Shown: positions 29,476 through 32,000 of the stretch, one piece after another | Numbering within the stretch: the stretch's first letter is position 1 | How the letters are laid out: every line of letters begins with the position of its first letter | Translations under genes and position numbers: made by a program | Assembly: GCF_000260965.1 (NCBI RefSeq) | Contig: NC_017856.1 | Coordinates: forward strand, 1,740,001-1,772,000 | DNA length: 32,000 nucleotides | Source of the DNA: Methylophaga frappieri | GTDB taxonomy: Bacteria > Pseudomonadota > Gammaproteobacteria > Nitrosococcales > Methylophagaceae | Direction: 5' to 3' | The notes under the pieces: generated by a model | Told to the model about the DNA's origin: nothing | Database searches by the model: none | The model's input: only the letters and a program-made list of their open reading frames with translations

Positions 29476-32000
29476 ATGGCAATAGAGACAACCGGCAATT
29501 ACACTGCATTACAGTGGGTACAGGCTGAGTTACAGCAAGCATTAGCTTCTGCGTTGCGCTCAGTACAGCATTATCTGGATACCAGTGACTCCGCCGCCTT
29601 ATCGGACACCATCGAACAGCTTTATCAAACCCACGGCACACTACAAATGCTGGATCTTGATGGCGCACGTCAATGCACTGCGGAAATGCAAGCAGTCTGC
29701 CAGCAACTCCGGGACAGGCCTGGCGAGCAAGTCGAAGAGGCGACGTCGGCTCTGATTCGCGCATTGCTGTTATTGCCCGAGTATTTACAACAACTTGATG
29801 ACATCTTTCCCGACCATCTCATCTGCCTACTACCGCTCATCAATGCACTACGCTCAGTTCGCTCTGTTCCTGCGCTTGATGACCTTGCGTGTTTTCAGGT
29901 ACCAGATCAACCTGCCGTCCCTGAGGGTATTCGGCCGGATCCCCTGCAAAGTCCGCCTGCAATTGATATTTCGCCGAATCAACTGGCACGTGCGTATCAG
30001 CACTTACTGCTGACCTGGCTGCGTCAACAAGATGACAGCAGTTTAAAAAAAATGCGCGGCATTTTGCATTATCTGCGACTGGTTAGCCAGCATGAACAAA
30101 CGACACGACTATGGTGGTGTGCAGAAGCGTTTCTTGAAGCCTTGCTGCAAAAAGGTCTGGAGAATTTTCAGGCTGAGTCACGCACCTTGCTTGGCAAGCT
30201 GGTTGCCCCCATCAAAATCGTTAGTGAACAAAACCCGAATGCGCTGTTGGCCGTCTTTCCCGATAGTCTGTTAAAACAGCTGATGCTGATGGTGGCCAAA
30301 GCCAATAGTCATGGTCCGCTAATCAGCCATATCAAGCAGCATTATGGGTTATCTTTTTATGACCAGCAGCAGACCATATTTGGTGTTAGCCGCACTGCCC
30401 AGTCGGATGCCATCAAAGGCGTGCTTGAAGAATTGCAGCGCATCAAAGATGAGGTGAGTGAAATAGATCCGACTACCTCTGATCTCGGGTTGCAACTTAA
30501 CCAACTCACGCCACAAATTGATACGCTCGCTGAGACCTTGGTGATGCTCAATCAAATGCCCGCCAGCCAGATTTTGCGAACACAGCAACAACAGCTGGCA
30601 ATGCTGTCAGAAAAAACGAGCCCTGAACAGACTGAGGGACTGGCCGCCCTGGCGGATATTTTGTTGGATCTGGAGAAACAACTCCGCACCGGCATCAATC
30701 AATCAGATACGGAAACACAACAACTTAACCGCGTCGTCCTGCAGGAATGCTTGCTGGAACTGGCCAATCTCAAAGAAAGCTTGACGCTGGCAGGACAGCA
30801 CCAACAGATTGATTCAACGCTAATGGCGCAAATGACGGCGACGCTAAAACAGCTAAATGGCAGCCTCGTGATGCTCAATCATCCCGAAGCAGCGGATTTG
30901 CTTGATGCCGCAGAACGTAGACTGGCAACAGAAACCGCCGAATCCATAACAACCCAAAAACTACAGGATCTCGCTGATATTCTGGTTGCCAGCGAACTCT
31001 ACATGGAATCCCTGCAACAACATGGCCGTGCTGATTCGATGTTGCTGGCAAATGCCAAACAGACACTGGAGCACTTTGGCGAACAATTACACAATGATGA
31101 CAGCGCCGAAGCTGAATCGGTTTCTGAGCCAAGACTAACGGGGGTTGAGCATTATCTGCGACAACGTGACTCAATGCCGCCTGAAACCATTGCGACGCGC
31201 GAAAGTCATGAGCGGATATTGCCCTTAACTGGTGTTGCGCGCTATCTCGAAAAACAACAGGCAGCCCGCAAACTGACCGGGGTTGAGCGCTATCTTCAAC
31301 AACAAGCCAGTAGCACAGTGGTGGCGCTGACTTCTGTAGAGCGTTACCTGCAGCAAAAAATGGCTAACGATGATCATGCGTTAGACGCTCTGACCAGTGC
31401 CACCCAAGCAGACAGTCAAGATCTTTCGACAGCCGCATCGCAAGATGAACTTGATGACGAGATTGCAGCTGTTTTTCTGGAAGAAGCGAATGATGTTCTA
31501 AACTTATTGGCACAGCATATTCCGCATTGGCAATTAACTGCCGATCCTGTCGTACTAGCTGAAATCCGACGTCATTTTCATACTCTCAAAGGCAGCGGAC
31601 GAATGGCTGCGGCAACGGCAGTCGCTGAAACCGCTTGGTCAATTGAAGACTTACTGAACGCGGTCTTATCAGGACTCAGGTTGCCTCACCATGCCTTACT
31701 GAGCGTTGTTCAAACAGCACAAACCGTCGTTGCTGATTTAATTGCACTTTTTGAGCAAGGCAACAATACGCTGACACCATCGGCGGCAACGTTAATCGCC
31801 GAAGCCAATGCCTTGCGATCCGGCGCCCCACAAACTATCGATGTCGATCCCAAACTTTCAGCAAGGCCACTGACCGGTGTTGAGCGTTATTTGCTCAATC
31901 CACCAGTTCGCACCGCGCCGCCATCAGAAACCTCTGTCACACGTTATATTCGAGAGCAGCAAAACGCCCTCGCCACGGCGGATCATGGCCATGATCCAAT
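29476..32000 (+). CDS. chpA: ChpA/PilL-type multi-Hpt CheA-like histidine kinase, N-terminal about 841 codons; continues beyond the right window edge
   Basis: Not in the ORF track because it runs off the edge. My translation from ATG 29476 (GGAGAA 6 nt upstream) is open to 32000: MAIETTGNYTALQWVQAELQQALASALRSVQHYLD... A canonical Hpt motif, RRHFHTLKGSGRMA, has its phospho-acceptor His codon at 31579-31581. It follows pilJ by 30 nt. Confidence 0.85.
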   Translation, partial: MAIETTGNYTALQWVQAELQQALASALRSVQHYLDTSDSAALSDTIEQLYQTHGTLQMLDLDGARQCTAEMQAVCQQLRDRPGEQVEEATSALIRALLLLPEYLQQLDDIFPDHLICLLPLINALRSVRSVPALDDLACFQVPDQPAVPEGIRPDPLQSPPAIDISPNQLARAYQHLLLTWLRQQDDSSLKKMRGILHYLRLVSQHEQTTRLWWCAEAFLEALLQKGLENFQAESRTLLGKLVAPIKIVSEQNPNALLAVFPDSLLKQLMLMVAKANSHGPLISHIKQHYGLSFYDQQQTIFGVSRTAQSDAIKGVLEELQRIKDEVSEIDPTTSDLGLQLNQLTPQIDTLAETLVMLNQMPASQILRTQQQQLAMLSEKTSPEQTEGLAALADILLDLEKQLRTGINQSDTETQQLNRVVLQECLLELANLKESLTLAGQHQQIDSTLMAQMTATLKQLNGSLVMLNHPEAADLLDAAERRLATETAESITTQKLQDLADILVASELYMESLQQHGRADSMLLANAKQTLEHFGEQLHNDDSAEAESVSEPRLTGVEHYLRQRDSMPPETIATRESHERILPLTGVARYLEKQQAARKLTGVERYLQQQASSTVVALTSVERYLQQKMANDDHALDALTSATQADSQDLSTAASQDELDDEIAAVFLEEANDVLNLLAQHIPHWQLTADPVVLAEIRRHFHTLKGSGRMAAATAVAETAWSIEDLLNAVLSGLRLPHHALLSVVQTAQTVVADLIALFEQGNNTLTPSAATLIAEANALRSGAPQTIDVDPKLSARPLTGVERYLLNPPVRTAPPSETSVTRYIREQQNALATADHGHDP

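Noticed and set aside
29450-29764. 104-aa minus-strand ORF, and several 60-99-aa ORFs at 29795-31174
   Set aside because: All overlap the long open chpA frame, which carries the Hpt motif and repeats. They have no motifs and are Arg/Cys/Pro-rich.

Overview
This window reads as a densely packed, mostly housekeeping chromosomal segment of a gammaproteobacterium. GC looks moderate, under about 50% by eye.

Gene order:
- glnE, partial, running off the left edge
- bacterial alternative oxidase plus a small membrane-anchored hypothetical
- groES-groEL with a sigma-32 promoter, and fxsA
- an OprO/OprP-type porin behind a perfect Pho box
- an EAL-CBS-GGDEF (GGDDF) protein
- a thioredoxin-type ArsC and a YgiM-like SH3 protein
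- a Fur-box haem locus: TonB-dependent receptor-hutX-hutZ, divergent from hutBCD
- an MsbA-like ABC exporter split by a frameshift in an A7 run
- ilvD, argA, rppH, a HAD-IB hydrolase, a lone gatB
- a stand-alone FIST protein and a Xanthomonas-type glutamate-cysteine ligase
- pilG-pilH-pilI-pilJ-chpA, with chpA running off the right edge

The ORF track misses both edge genes (glnE and chpA). I translated them by hand.

I saw no rRNA, tRNA, CRISPR array, transposase, integrase, phage genes or recognisable defence genes. I cannot point to a clear new multi-gene system, and most of the window looks like ordinary core genome.

The observations most worth a second look are:
- a Pil-Chp chemosensory cluster whose PilJ has no periplasmic sensor domain, sitting next to an orphan FIST (NosP-like?) protein
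- a six-fold L-T-G-V-E-R-Y-L peptide repeat flanking the first Hpt domain of ChpA
- the A7 frameshift in the ABC exporter
- the alternative oxidase and its small partner gene
- an inverted-order EAL-CBS-GGDDF protein
- a run of convergent gene pairs that overlap or abut with no terminators between them

All family assignments come from reading motifs and recalling homologues. No searches were run.
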